From NCBI GenBank assembly GCA_963700635.1, contig CAVOYH010000004.1, positions 956,117 through 1,020,116 on the forward strand: 64,000 bases of DNA, in the 5' to 3' direction. The position numbers were made by a program, and so were the translations under genes. Below the pieces are notes generated by a model, which did not search any database, was not told the DNA's origin, and saw only the letters and a list, made by a program, of their open reading frames with translations. How positions within the stretch are numbered: position 1 is the stretch's first letter; the number at the start of each line of letters is the position of its first letter. Of this stretch, positions 41,069-50,696 are shown piece by piece. This DNA comes from an uncultured Bacteroidota bacterium (lineage in GTDB: Bacteria > Bacteroidota > Ignavibacteria > UBA10030 > UBA6906).

Positions 41069-43702
41069 TCATTCCTGCGGTTCACTGACAAACTGGAACG
41101 CATACAGATCGGCGTCGCGTAACACAAAACGCAGCCTGACGGGTCGGCCGGCAAGCTGGCGAAGATCGAGCCCCGATGTCCAGGAGACGAGCAGAGATAT
41201 GCCATCCCCCATTACTTCGACAGCGTCTTCCAGGGCAAACCCGGGGATCGCTTTCCCTCCGGGATCCTGAATCTCGACACGCAGTCCTCCTGCCGCCGAT
41301 GTGGCAAGATTTACCTCAAGTCTCGTCCCGCTGAAAGAGATCGGTTTTGTCACCAGTTCACACCCGCGATACGGCGCATGGACGGATGCAAATCCGTCAA
41401 GACGGAGCCGGTATGTTGCGATATGTGCAGACGGTTGTGCATAGTGTGATCCCCGGTAGAGAAGCATCTCCCTCTCCGTATAGGGCACAATCCCCAGCGC
41501 GGGCGTATTGTCACGGGACACCCAGTCCTGCGGAGTGTCCCCGGGCCGCAGGAAGGCCTCCATGAATGTCCGGTCGTAAGAATACCCTCCCCGGGTAGTA
41601 AGCAACACGGCGTCACTGCTTGCAACACCGTATCCGGAGTCAGCGACCAGTGTTTTCGCAATCGAAGGCGGGAGCGCGGCACGATGCGGAAAAAACCGTT
41701 TTGCAAGTCCGACAGCAATATGTGGTGCGCGGAAATACGGCTGTGTACCATTCGTGTACAGATGTTCTGCAGGCGTGCCGCCGAATTCCATTACCGCCGG
41801 GGATGTCCAGGTCAAAAAATCTCTCGATGTGCTCCGGCTTATCGTCCGGAAACCCGTGTATCCCTCCCCCGTCCACGTTCTCAGGAGGCAAACATATGTG
41901 GATTCCGGCTGCCACCAGTACACCACGTTCTGCGAATCGAATTTCCCGTCGGTAATGAGTGGCTCACTCCGGATTTTCCGCCAGTGGATACCGTCGGCCG
42001 ATACAAACCCGACAAGTCCGGTTTTTTCATCTCCTCCAACCCCCTTGTACCGTTCCCCGGGGGGCACCCCGGGCCTGGCGTCCAGATAGGGGGAAAAATT
42101 GTGACTGTACACTGGCTCGTCGGCCAGGACAATATTGGTAGCTGCCGTGCCATGGGAGGGAAAGAGACCCAGATGGGGTTTTCTCCATGTGAGACCATCC
42201 TGAGATTCAGCATAACATGTTACGGCCCGGGCTCCGCCTTTATCCCTGACGCCGCTCAGGCCACGGTAGTACATCCGAAACAACGAGCCATCTTTGATAA
42301 CCGTCGCATAACCAGAAAACGGTCCTTCCCATGGTCTGTCAAACCGAACGGCAACCCCCACATGCTCCGGATGATGGAGGAGGAGGCTTCCACCAGTGAG
42401 ACGTTCGATCAATGTTCTATCCACAAAGAGCTCCCGCCGCGTCCCCATCGGATATACGTTTCCCGCTGTGTCAGGAGGGAGTGTCCAGACTGTTCCCTGA
42501 ATCGCAGGCTTCCGGCGGGCTGGATCCGGTGGAGACATTTGCTGGACCGTGCCCGCAGGCACAGGCGGCTGATAATACACCGTCAGGATCTTTCCCGGCT
42601 CAAGTTCCACTGAAGCGGGGTATCCGAGGTCGCCGTTTGGTGCATCGGATCGCAGGATGATTACATCGCTGCCCTTCCAGGTCACGCCATCTTCACTGAC
42701 GCAGGCCCGTTCTCCGAACGGTGCCCGGCGATACCCGTATGTGCAGAGGATCCGGCCGTCGGAAAGTTGCAGGAGATGCGGCGGGAAGCCCCAGAGTTCG
42801 GTTGGAAACGGGAGGACCCAGCTTTTCCCGTTGTCGTCGGAATACGTCTCCCAGAGCACGCAGCGCGGATCCCTATCGTCGTACGGGATGGCGGTGGCAC
42901 GGATCATCATGATCACACGACCTGAAGCGAGCTGGAGGATGTGCGGTTCTCCGAACCTGAGACTGTCTGGCGAAGGAGAGCGGATCAATGCCAGGAGGCT
43001 ATACTCGTCCTCCGGCGTCCCTGCTCCGTACACTCCGATATGCCTTTGATCCTGCCGGTACGACGCAAGCAACAGCGTACCATCATGCAGTTGAACACCC
43101 CCGTGGATTGCGTCTTTCCCTCTTCGAGGCGGCGACCAGGTATTTCCATGGTCCCGGGAGACGACGCGCCATGGACCCTGAGTGGCGGCATGTGCACGGT
43201 AGTCTTCTGTGTCAACATGGCGGGACCAACGTTCCAGGAGCGATTGGCCGTATGAGAGTGCCGGCAGTGCATCATAGCCGGTCCGGGTGTGAAAAGTGGA
43301 CCAGACATGGGCTATCAACGTCCCGTCGTGCAGCAGTGTCACTCCCGATTCCCGGTCATCAATCGGCGTACTCATCACGGTGTCAGGGGTTAGCCAGGTT
43401 GTGCCATTGTCCGTTGACCGGACAGAGAGGATCACACCATCAGGCCCAAGGTGCTCCTCTGTTTGTGTGAAAAGGACAAGAAGATCGTTGTTTGCGGCTC
43501 GCACCACAGAGGGCCAGGCGCAGTATTGACCCGGCGCTTCATAGACAACGAAGTGCCGCAAGATGGCCGCCCCATAGCTGGGTGGATCATGCTGCGCGAT
43601 AGACCGGGCTGTGAAGAGCAGGGACACTGTCCCGACAAAAAGTGATAGAAGCAGAAGATTCTTCAGTGCTGTGTGACGCATTCGTTTGTGTCCCATCGTC
43701 AC
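41069..43702 (-). CDS. Exported two-domain beta-propeller: BNR/sialidase-like domain plus GH32/GH43-like propeller
   Basis: Signal peptide; Asp-boxes STDNGTTW, SRDHGNTW and SDDNGKSW; DLGYP; second domain RRELFVD...YAESQDGLTW, SADGIHW, FDSQN and LRLDGFAS. Confidence 0.75.
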   Translation of the reverse strand: MTMGHKRMRHTALKNLLLLSLFVGTVSLLFTARSIAQHDPPSYGAAILRHFVVYEAPGQYCAWPSVVRAANNDLLVLFTQTEEHLGPDGVILSVRSTDNGTTWLTPDTVMSTPIDDRESGVTLLHDGTLIAHVWSTFHTRTGYDALPALSYGQSLLERWSRHVDTEDYRAHAATQGPWRVVSRDHGNTWSPPRRGKDAIHGGVQLHDGTLLLASYRQDQRHIGVYGAGTPEDEYSLLALIRSPSPDSLRFGEPHILQLASGRVIMMIRATAIPYDDRDPRCVLWETYSDDNGKSWVLPFPTELWGFPPHLLQLSDGRILCTYGYRRAPFGERACVSEDGVTWKGSDVIILRSDAPNGDLGYPASVELEPGKILTVYYQPPVPAGTVQQMSPPDPARRKPAIQGTVWTLPPDTAGNVYPMGTRRELFVDRTLIERLTGGSLLLHHPEHVGVAVRFDRPWEGPFSGYATVIKDGSLFRMYYRGLSGVRDKGGARAVTCYAESQDGLTWRKPHLGLFPSHGTAATNIVLADEPVYSHNFSPYLDARPGVPPGERYKGVGGDEKTGLVGFVSADGIHWRKIRSEPLITDGKFDSQNVVYWWQPESTYVCLLRTWTGEGYTGFRTISRSTSRDFLTWTSPAVMEFGGTPAEHLYTNGTQPYFRAPHIAVGLAKRFFPHRAALPPSIAKTLVADSGYGVASSDAVLLTTRGGYSYDRTFMEAFLRPGDTPQDWVSRDNTPALGIVPYTEREMLLYRGSHYAQPSAHIATYRLRLDGFASVHAPYRGCELVTKPISFSGTRLEVNLATSAAGGLRVEIQDPGGKAIPGFALEDAVEVMGDGISLLVSWTSGLDLRQLAGRPVRLRFVLRDADLYAFQFVSEPQE

Positions 43703-45054
43703 GCCGCGTCTCCTCTTCGTTTCTTGAGATCCTCGCCTATTGTATGGAGCATGGCATCATTAATCGGATAAAACGCGAAGACAAGAATCGCAAGGGCCGC
43801 AGCAATCGCCGGAAAGACGCTCACGAGAAGGCGGATCCCGATGAGCGTTTCGGGTGTCTGCCCGACATTGGCAACATACCCATATGCGGTAAGGAGCCAT
43901 CCGATAAGTGCGCCGGCTATTCCGGTGCCAAATTTCATGGAGAGTGTGCCTGCAGAATAGACCAGACCCGTCATCCGGCGTCCAAGTTTCCATTCCGCAA
44001 AATCCGCAGCATCGCCGAGCATGGCGAAAAACAGCGCAACGATGGGACCGGTGGCGAATTCTGTTAGTCCGCTCAGCACAAAGATCGAGACCGTGTCTTC
44101 CGGGCCAATTCCGTACAACAATGCGCTGGTGACGAGGGCCAGCGCGAAACATGCGTGCATCACCTGCTTCCGGCCGAACCATTCAGTCAAACGGTGCGTG
44201 AGGGCTGCTCCGACCATGGCGGCGAGAAGTCCGGTTACCATAAACGCGACCGCAAGACCCGTATTGCCGACAAAATACTTGAAATAGTACATCGTGACTC
44301 CCTGTTTCAGCGAAGTCATGGTCACAAACAGCAGGCCGACCGCAAAGAGAATGATCCACGGTCTATTGCGAAAGAGAAGCCGCATATCCGTTCGGAGCGA
44401 ACCCGGCGCAGATGCCACCGGAACCACCCGTTCGCGCGTTGCACTGAATGTTACAAAAAGGAGAATGACGCTTGTGGCTGCAAAAAGAGTCATTGTCCAT
44501 GTGTACCCGACCACTTCGTTCCCTCCCCCGAAATACGCAACGAGCGGGATATTAAGTCCCTGAGTCAGAAGGCCGCCGAGAAAAGCAAAAAAGAAACGAT
44601 ATGATGAGATACTGGTACGTTCGGTGGGGTCGGTCGAGAGCACGCCGGTGAGTGCCGAATAGGGAACGTTGTTGGCCGTGAACGCGAGGATCAGACCGCT
44701 GTACGTCACGTACGCGTACACGAGCTTCCAGGACCCCTCTACGTCAACGGCGGTAAACGTCAGGACGGTCATAATGCCGAAGGGCAGAGTGGACCAGAGG
44801 ATCCAGGGGCGGAATTTTCCCCAACGGGTCGTCGTGCGATCGGCAATCAGCCCCATAAAAAAATCGGTGATCCCGTCCCAGTACCTGCAGACAAGGAGGA
44901 GCGTGCCGACCGATGCAGCGGTCAGGCCAAAAACATCCGTATAAAAGATCGGGAGGAACACCATGAGGGTGCGCCACACCAGATTTGTGGCGGTGTCACC
45001 GAGCCCGTACGCGACTTTTTCCCATACTCCGACCTGAGCGTTTCGGTCAGTCAT
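43699..45054 (-). CDS. Glycoside-pentoside-hexuronide (GPH) MFS sugar:cation symporter
   Basis: EKVAYGLGD, FYTDVFGL, DRTTTRWGKFRPW and NVPYSAL. Confidence 0.92.
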   Translation of the reverse strand: MTDRNAQVGVWEKVAYGLGDTATNLVWRTLMVFLPIFYTDVFGLTAASVGTLLLVCRYWDGITDFFMGLIADRTTTRWGKFRPWILWSTLPFGIMTVLTFTAVDVEGSWKLVYAYVTYSGLILAFTANNVPYSALTGVLSTDPTERTSISSYRFFFAFLGGLLTQGLNIPLVAYFGGGNEVVGYTWTMTLFAATSVILLFVTFSATRERVVPVASAPGSLRTDMRLLFRNRPWIILFAVGLLFVTMTSLKQGVTMYYFKYFVGNTGLAVAFMVTGLLAAMVGAALTHRLTEWFGRKQVMHACFALALVTSALLYGIGPEDTVSIFVLSGLTEFATGPIVALFFAMLGDAADFAEWKLGRRMTGLVYSAGTLSMKFGTGIAGALIGWLLTAYGYVANVGQTPETLIGIRLLVSVFPAIAAALAILVFAFYPINDAMLHTIGEDLKKRRGDAA

Positions 45055-46483
45055 GCGCACGGTCTCCTGTCACCCGATGGTACGGATTATCAGGGATTGG
45101 AGGGAGGAGGTTTTCCCGGACCAGCGATGCGTACCAAAAAGCCGAAGATTTGGGCACACGGCGCCCTGTCGAAAAGTCCACATAACATATTCCGAACCGC
45201 CTGGTATAGCCGGAAGCCCATTCGAAATTGTCCATCATTGACCAGAGAAAATATCCCTGAAGGTTCACTCCGGCTGAAAGTGCCTCCTGGCATGCGGCGA
45301 GGTAGGCGTGGAGGAAATTGATGCGTTGTGCATCATGCACCTTACCATCGACCGGATGGTCTGGAAGAGCGCAGCCGTTCTCCGTAATGATAATGGGGGG
45401 ATGCCCGTATCGCTGATCAATCCACTGGAGTAGTTTTCGGCAGCCCCAGGGGACGATTGCCCACCCCATCTCCGTCGTCGCCCATGAGGGATCGGTCGAA
45501 AGCTGCACATCCTGATCCTGGGCGATGCCGCCGTTTCCAAAGGGCTGGGTAGGAAGGATCTCTCCGCTCGTTGCGTCTGCGGCGTACATCGTTGTGTAGT
45601 GGTTAAGCCCGAAGAAATCCTGGGATCCACGGATCATGGCCTTCTCTTCCGGCGTAAACTGTGGAAGCCGCGCCCCGACGCGGGAGCGCATTACTTCCGG
45701 ATAATCTCCAAAATAGAGCGGATCCCCAAACCATCCCAGAAAAAACTGCAGCGCCCGTTCGGCCGCGGCGAGATCGGCCGGTGAATCTGTTCGCGGCTCA
45801 CGCCAGTCGCAGTTGTTCGTCATCCCAATTGTTCCCCGTTGCCCGGGCTGGAAACGGCTCCGGTATTCCTGAACGGCCATCCCATGCGCACGGAGAATCG
45901 TATGCGCCGCCTGATACGGCTCGGCAGTGGAGACACGGCCGGGAGCAAATACTCCCTGTCCGTACCCCAGAATCGAAATTACCCATGGCTCATTAAACGT
46001 GATCCAGTGTTTCACACGATCACCAAATTGCTCGAAGCAGATTGAAGCGTACTTCGTATAGAGGTCAGCAAGTTTCGGATTCAACCACCCGTCCAGTTCA
46101 AGCTGGAGCGCGAGGGGGAGGTCCCAGTGATGCAGGGTAACCCACGGGGTTATGCCGTGCGAGAGAAGCTCATCGATGAGGAGGGAATAGAACCGTATCC
46201 CATCCGGATTCGGGGTACCTTGCCCGGTTGGCAGGATTCGGGCCCACGAAATGGAAAAACGATACGCCTTGAGACCCAGGGAGGCCATAAGCGCGACATC
46301 TTCTTTCCAGCGGTGGAAGTGGTCACACGCCCTGTCCCCTGTAGAACCGTCACTGATCTTGCCTGGTGTATGGGCAAACGCATCCCAGATCGACAGGCCT
46401 TTGCCGCCTTCCAGCCATCCCCCCTCGATCTGATAACTTGCGGTTGCAGTTCCCCACACGAAGTCTTTCGGAAAGGAATGCAT
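45047..46483 (-). CDS. GH1 family beta-glucosidase
   Basis: FVWGTATASYQIEG, acid/base TFNEP, nucleophile ITENG and DNFEW. No signal peptide. Confidence 0.95.
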   Translation of the reverse strand: MHSFPKDFVWGTATASYQIEGGWLEGGKGLSIWDAFAHTPGKISDGSTGDRACDHFHRWKEDVALMASLGLKAYRFSISWARILPTGQGTPNPDGIRFYSLLIDELLSHGITPWVTLHHWDLPLALQLELDGWLNPKLADLYTKYASICFEQFGDRVKHWITFNEPWVISILGYGQGVFAPGRVSTAEPYQAAHTILRAHGMAVQEYRSRFQPGQRGTIGMTNNCDWREPRTDSPADLAAAERALQFFLGWFGDPLYFGDYPEVMRSRVGARLPQFTPEEKAMIRGSQDFFGLNHYTTMYAADATSGEILPTQPFGNGGIAQDQDVQLSTDPSWATTEMGWAIVPWGCRKLLQWIDQRYGHPPIIITENGCALPDHPVDGKVHDAQRINFLHAYLAACQEALSAGVNLQGYFLWSMMDNFEWASGYTRRFGICYVDFSTGRRVPKSSAFWYASLVRENLLPPIPDNPYHRVTGDRAHD

Positions 46484-46528
46484 CGTTTAAATTACTCCAC
46501 TAAACGGGGTGAGAGGAAAACGACGTGG

Positions 46529-48190
46529 TCAGGATCTTTGTCCCCTGCCCGGTCGTGGGCGGTGAGGCCCCCCACTGCGCCGTCCGCCCGTCCCCTGCCC
46601 TTTTGCGCGTGTAGATCTTTTCCGCGGCTCAACGGTTCCTTCAGCAAGGGGAGGCAGAGGGGCCAGCAATGTGGGATCGGGATGAACAGCCTTCAGATCC
46701 CGCCCGATAAATTCTTCGATCGCCGGAATTTCGTACGCCTCGGTTTCTGTTGCAAAGCTCACCGATGTACCTGTTGCACCCGCTCGTCCCGTCCGCCCGA
46801 TACGATGGACATAGTCCTGTGGATCCATGGGGAGGGAGTAGTTGACCACATGGCTCACCCCTTCAATATGAAGTCCGCGCGCGGCAACATCCGTGGCGAC
46901 AAGCACCTTGAATTTGCCGTTCCGGAATCCCTCAAGGGTTTTCACCCGCTGTTCCTGGGAGACATCGCCGGAGAGTAACCCGCAGGTAATTCCCCGTGTG
47001 GCGAGTCGATCTTTCAGAAACTGTGTTTCATCCCTCCGGTTCGCAAACACCATGACCCGCTCCAGTTTCAGAATCGTGATCATGTTGTAGAGCAGCATAA
47101 ACTTGTCTTCATCGGTGATGATATACACCACCTGGTCGATCGACGCAAGGGTGATGTCCTGCGGAGGGGTCACGTCTATCTGCACCGCATCCCGGGTCCA
47201 CGCAGCAGCCAGCCGAGTCACTTCCGGCGTAAGCGTGGCACTAAAGAACATTGTCTGACGTTTTCCCTTCATCGGTGTGCTCTCGATGATCCGGCGAACG
47301 TCGGGGATAAATCCCATATCAAGCATGCGGTCCGCCTCATCGATGACCAGAATCTCGACCTTGCTCAGGTCAATATTCCTGTTCCTCTTGAAGTCAAGAA
47401 GTCTTCCCGGCGTCGCAGCAACGATATCAATCGGGCTTTCGTTCAGAAGACGCTGCTGCTTCCGGTACTCCATCCCGCCAAATACAGCCATCGAGATAAA
47501 CGGTGTGTGCTTGGCCAGTCCGTGCGCATCTTTATCGATCTGCAAAACTAGTTCGCGTGTGGGAGCAAGGATCAGAGCGCGCGGCGTACCGTTCTTGCGG
47601 GGATGGGGCGGTGCTGTCCGGAGAAAATGCGTCAGGATCGTGATCAGAAACGCTGCCGTCTTCCCGGTACCCGTTTGTGCGCGACCCGTGGCATCCGCAC
47701 CGGCGAGAGTCTGCTGCAGAATCCCGGCCTGAATTGGCGTGCAGTATTGGAATCCAAGGTCGTACACAGCTTGCATGACCTCTGAGGGAAGATCCAGATC
47801 GTGGAATCGCACCTGGCCTGCTTCGGCGGGAACGTTAAATTCCGCAGGATCCCATGGGAGTTTCTGCGCCGGAGGTTCAGGGAGGGATACAGGAGCGACC
47901 CGGGGCGGTTTTGAAGCACGCGTGTGCCGGTGTGCACCCCCGTGGCGCTCAGTGCGTGGCTTTCCTTCCGGTACACGCGGTCGCTCAGGTCGTTCGCCAC
48001 GCGGCGGGCTCACTGTCTTTCGCTCTGTGCGGCGCTGCCCTCCACGTTTTGAGCGAACTCTCGGCTCCTGCACATTAACCGGTCGGTGTTGCGGAGGGAT
48101 CACCGGCGTACCGGCAGATTTGCCTCCCACTCCGACGAGGCGTTTGAATAAATCACCTATTTTCTTGAATACCACAGCAGCCACTGGCAA
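46529..48190 (-). CDS. DEAD-box RNA helicase (RhlB-like) with disordered N- and C-terminal tails
   Basis: AQTGTGKT, PTREL, DEAD, SAT, ARGLH and HRIGRTGRAG. The start codon is uncertain. Confidence 0.92.
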   Translation of the reverse strand: MPVAAVVFKKIGDLFKRLVGVGGKSAGTPVIPPQHRPVNVQEPRVRSKRGGQRRTERKTVSPPRGERPERPRVPEGKPRTERHGGAHRHTRASKPPRVAPVSLPEPPAQKLPWDPAEFNVPAEAGQVRFHDLDLPSEVMQAVYDLGFQYCTPIQAGILQQTLAGADATGRAQTGTGKTAAFLITILTHFLRTAPPHPRKNGTPRALILAPTRELVLQIDKDAHGLAKHTPFISMAVFGGMEYRKQQRLLNESPIDIVAATPGRLLDFKRNRNIDLSKVEILVIDEADRMLDMGFIPDVRRIIESTPMKGKRQTMFFSATLTPEVTRLAAAWTRDAVQIDVTPPQDITLASIDQVVYIITDEDKFMLLYNMITILKLERVMVFANRRDETQFLKDRLATRGITCGLLSGDVSQEQRVKTLEGFRNGKFKVLVATDVAARGLHIEGVSHVVNYSLPMDPQDYVHRIGRTGRAGATGTSVSFATETEAYEIPAIEEFIGRDLKAVHPDPTLLAPLPPLAEGTVEPRKRSTRAKGQGTGGRRSGGPHRPRPGRGQRS

Positions 48191-48334
48191 CTCACTTTCT
48201 CATGTTCTGAATTGGAGAATCGGGAATCTACAAGAGCAAAAAATCGCGGATTCGAGGGTATTGACGGGATATCGAAGTATATCGACTCCCGGACGGGCAG
48301 CGGTCCCATCCACATACCCGTATTCCTGTATTAT

Positions 48335-48363
48335 AGTATATCGAAAGCGTGAGCCGAAATCAA
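48335..48363 (-). promoter_or_regulatory. Putative sigma70 promoter of the helicase
   Basis: TTGATT-N17-TATACT. Confidence 0.5.
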
Positions 48364-48470
48364 GCAGTTCCCGCTGGTCCATAGAGCTTCATAGGGGGAG
48401 CCGCAAAACTCAGCCTCCACACCAAGTACAGGGAAAAACGAAAATTGGTACACTGTCTCCACCGTGCCAA

Positions 48471-48499
48471 TTGACACTGGTGCCTTGTTTACGTACGTT
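48471..48499 (+). promoter_or_regulatory. Putative sigma70 promoter
   Basis: TTGACA-N17-TACGTT. Confidence 0.5.
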
Positions 48500-48536
48500 C
48501 GTCTGCGTTCACATTGAATTTTCACGTAAGGACCTT

Positions 48537-49553
48537 ATGAAAAGAGAATCATATCGTTTGTCCCGGACCGGCTCTTTTCGCCGGCTGAAGAGAGTGGAGG
48601 AGAACATTGGCCCCCCCGGCGACATGGAGGTCGCGGTTGATGTAAAGGCGATCGGGTTAAACTTTGCAGATGTGTTCACGATACTCGGCCTCTACAAGGC
48701 TGCGCCAAAACGTGATTGTATCCCCGGGATCGAATTCAGCGGCGTTGTCGTGGCTACCGGAGCCAAGGTACACGATATCAGGGTTAATGACAATGTTATG
48801 GGTTCCATACGCTTCGGCGCGTACACGACGCACCTGACAATCGACCACCGTTATGTTATACGTATGCCCGGGGGGTGGAGTTTTGAAGAAGGGGCCTCTT
48901 TTATTGTTCAGGCCCTCACTGCCTATTATGCGCTTGTTCCCCTCGGAAACCTCCAGCAAGGCCAAACGGTGCTTATTCACAGCGCAGCGGGCGGCGTGGG
49001 CCTGTACGCAAACCGTATCGCGAAAAGACATTCCGCCTTCACAATCGGGACAGTCGGGGATTCCTCCAAAATTCCACTCCTGAATGTGGAGGGGTATGAC
49101 GAGGTTATTGTGCGGAGCCGCAAATTTCCGGAGGATCTGAGAAAAGCTTTGCGCGGCAAGCCGCTGAATCTTGTTCTCGACGCTGTCGGGGGAAAGGTCC
49201 AGAAGCAGAGCTTTAAAATGCTCACTCCGACCGGCAGAATGATCTCCTACGGGGTTTCACAGTTTGCTTCAAAGATCGTTACCCCGAACTATCTCAATCT
49301 TGCCCGCCTGTATTTGGGTATGCCGCGCTACACCACGCTCGGGCTTATCGAATCGAACAAGTCAATCCTTGGATTTAACCTGATCTGGCTCTATGATCGC
49401 GTGGACCTGTTCCGGGGTATGCTTGATACGATTCAGAAACTAGAACTGGAGAAGCCGTACGTCGGATCCACATATCCATTTGATAGCCTCCGGGATGCCG
49501 TTCGTTCTTTCCAATCCGGAAAAACGAGCGGAAAGGTTGTGGTGAAGGTCTAA
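48537..49553 (+). CDS. MDR family NADPH:quinone reductase-like protein (VAT-1-like)
   Basis: GLNFAD, PGIEFSG, HSAAGGVG and GKVVV. Start MKRESYR follows AAGGA; the longer ORF-track extension is antisense to the helicase. Confidence 0.88.
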   Translation: MKRESYRLSRTGSFRRLKRVEENIGPPGDMEVAVDVKAIGLNFADVFTILGLYKAAPKRDCIPGIEFSGVVVATGAKVHDIRVNDNVMGSIRFGAYTTHLTIDHRYVIRMPGGWSFEEGASFIVQALTAYYALVPLGNLQQGQTVLIHSAAGGVGLYANRIAKRHSAFTIGTVGDSSKIPLLNVEGYDEVIVRSRKFPEDLRKALRGKPLNLVLDAVGGKVQKQSFKMLTPTGRMISYGVSQFASKIVTPNYLNLARLYLGMPRYTTLGLIESNKSILGFNLIWLYDRVDLFRGMLDTIQKLELEKPYVGSTYPFDSLRDAVRSFQSGKTSGKVVVKV

Positions 49554-49783
49554 CCGGACACACATTACTTTTTGGTTATCCCCCGTTCACCGGTTCGTAT
49601 ATGGGCTGCATTAGCCAAATGGCGACATTTGTAAGGCACTGGGGACGACTTCGCCATTTCACCCACGGATTTGACGGTTTTTTGGGCATTCCGAATCACC
49701 CCCAATCGGGCACCCTCTTTGTGGAGATGGCATGAAGGTGAAACGGAACGGTGGTACGTTGTCCCATAACCGGAAAGCAAGAC

Positions 49784-50584
49784 ATGCCCAAGACACCAAA
49801 ACCACAGAAGAAACTCGGCAAGAAGGAATACAATAAAGCCCTTGCTGAATTCCAGGCCGACCTGGTAAACCTTCAGGGATGGGTAGTGGAAAAAGGGCTT
49901 CGGGTTGTTGTGATTTTTGAAGGGCGAGATGCTGCCGGCAAAGGAGGAGTCATAAAGAGGATCACCCAAAGGATGAACCCGCGCGTGTGCCGGATCGTCG
50001 CGCTGGGAACCCCCACAGGGAAGGAAAAAACCCAGTGGTATTTCCAGAGGTATATCGCAAATCTCCCGGGCGCTGGGGAGATTGTGCTGTATGACCGGAG
50101 CTGGTACAACAGGGCCGGCGTGGAAAGGGTGATGGGATTCTGCACGGACGAACAGTATGCTGAATTCCTGCGGACCTGTCCGGATTTTGAACGAATGCTT
50201 CTGCGCGACGGGATTATCGTGATCAAATACTGGTTTTCCGTGAGTGATGAAGAGCAGGAGCGGCGGTTCCGGAAACGTATCGAAGATCCCGTCAAGCGAT
50301 GGAAGCTCAGCCCGATGGATATGGAATCGCGCTCACGGTGGGTTGAATACTCAAAGGCCAAAGATGAAATGTTTGCTCATACGGACATCAAGCAGTGCCC
50401 CTGGTACGTTGTGGATGCTGATGACAAGAAACGGGCCCGACTGAACTGTATTCACCATCTGCTGCATCACATCCCGTACAAAGATCTTACACCAAAGCCC
50501 CCTGTTCTGCCTCCACGCCAAAAAGCGATGGGATATGTGCGCCCCCCGAAGGAGGAGCAGACGTTTGTGCCGGATGTGTTTTAG
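49784..50584 (+). CDS. ppk2: Polyphosphate kinase 2
   Basis: FEGRDAAGKGG, QWYFQRY, DRSWYNRAGVE and WKLSPMD. Confidence 0.95.
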   Translation: MPKTPKPQKKLGKKEYNKALAEFQADLVNLQGWVVEKGLRVVVIFEGRDAAGKGGVIKRITQRMNPRVCRIVALGTPTGKEKTQWYFQRYIANLPGAGEIVLYDRSWYNRAGVERVMGFCTDEQYAEFLRTCPDFERMLLRDGIIVIKYWFSVSDEEQERRFRKRIEDPVKRWKLSPMDMESRSRWVEYSKAKDEMFAHTDIKQCPWYVVDADDKKRARLNCIHHLLHHIPYKDLTPKPPVLPPRQKAMGYVRPPKEEQTFVPDVF

Positions 50585-50635
50585 CACGGACTCTGTACGT
50601 GGCGCGTGGTAAATCCGACGGGGAGTTCATCACAT

Positions 50636-50664
50636 TTGACTCTCCCCTTCTCCTGCCGTATCTT
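50636..50664 (+). promoter_or_regulatory. Putative sigma70 promoter
   Basis: TTGACT-N17-TATCTT. Confidence 0.45.
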
Positions 50665-50696
50665 TTTTCCGACCAACGGAGTATTGTAAGAACACT

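Noticed and set aside
47739-48536. 604-aa ORF suggesting a long N-terminal extension on the MDR oxidoreductase
   Set aside because: The extension is antisense to the helicase and spans the intergenic region. A promoter and RBS precede ATG 48537.
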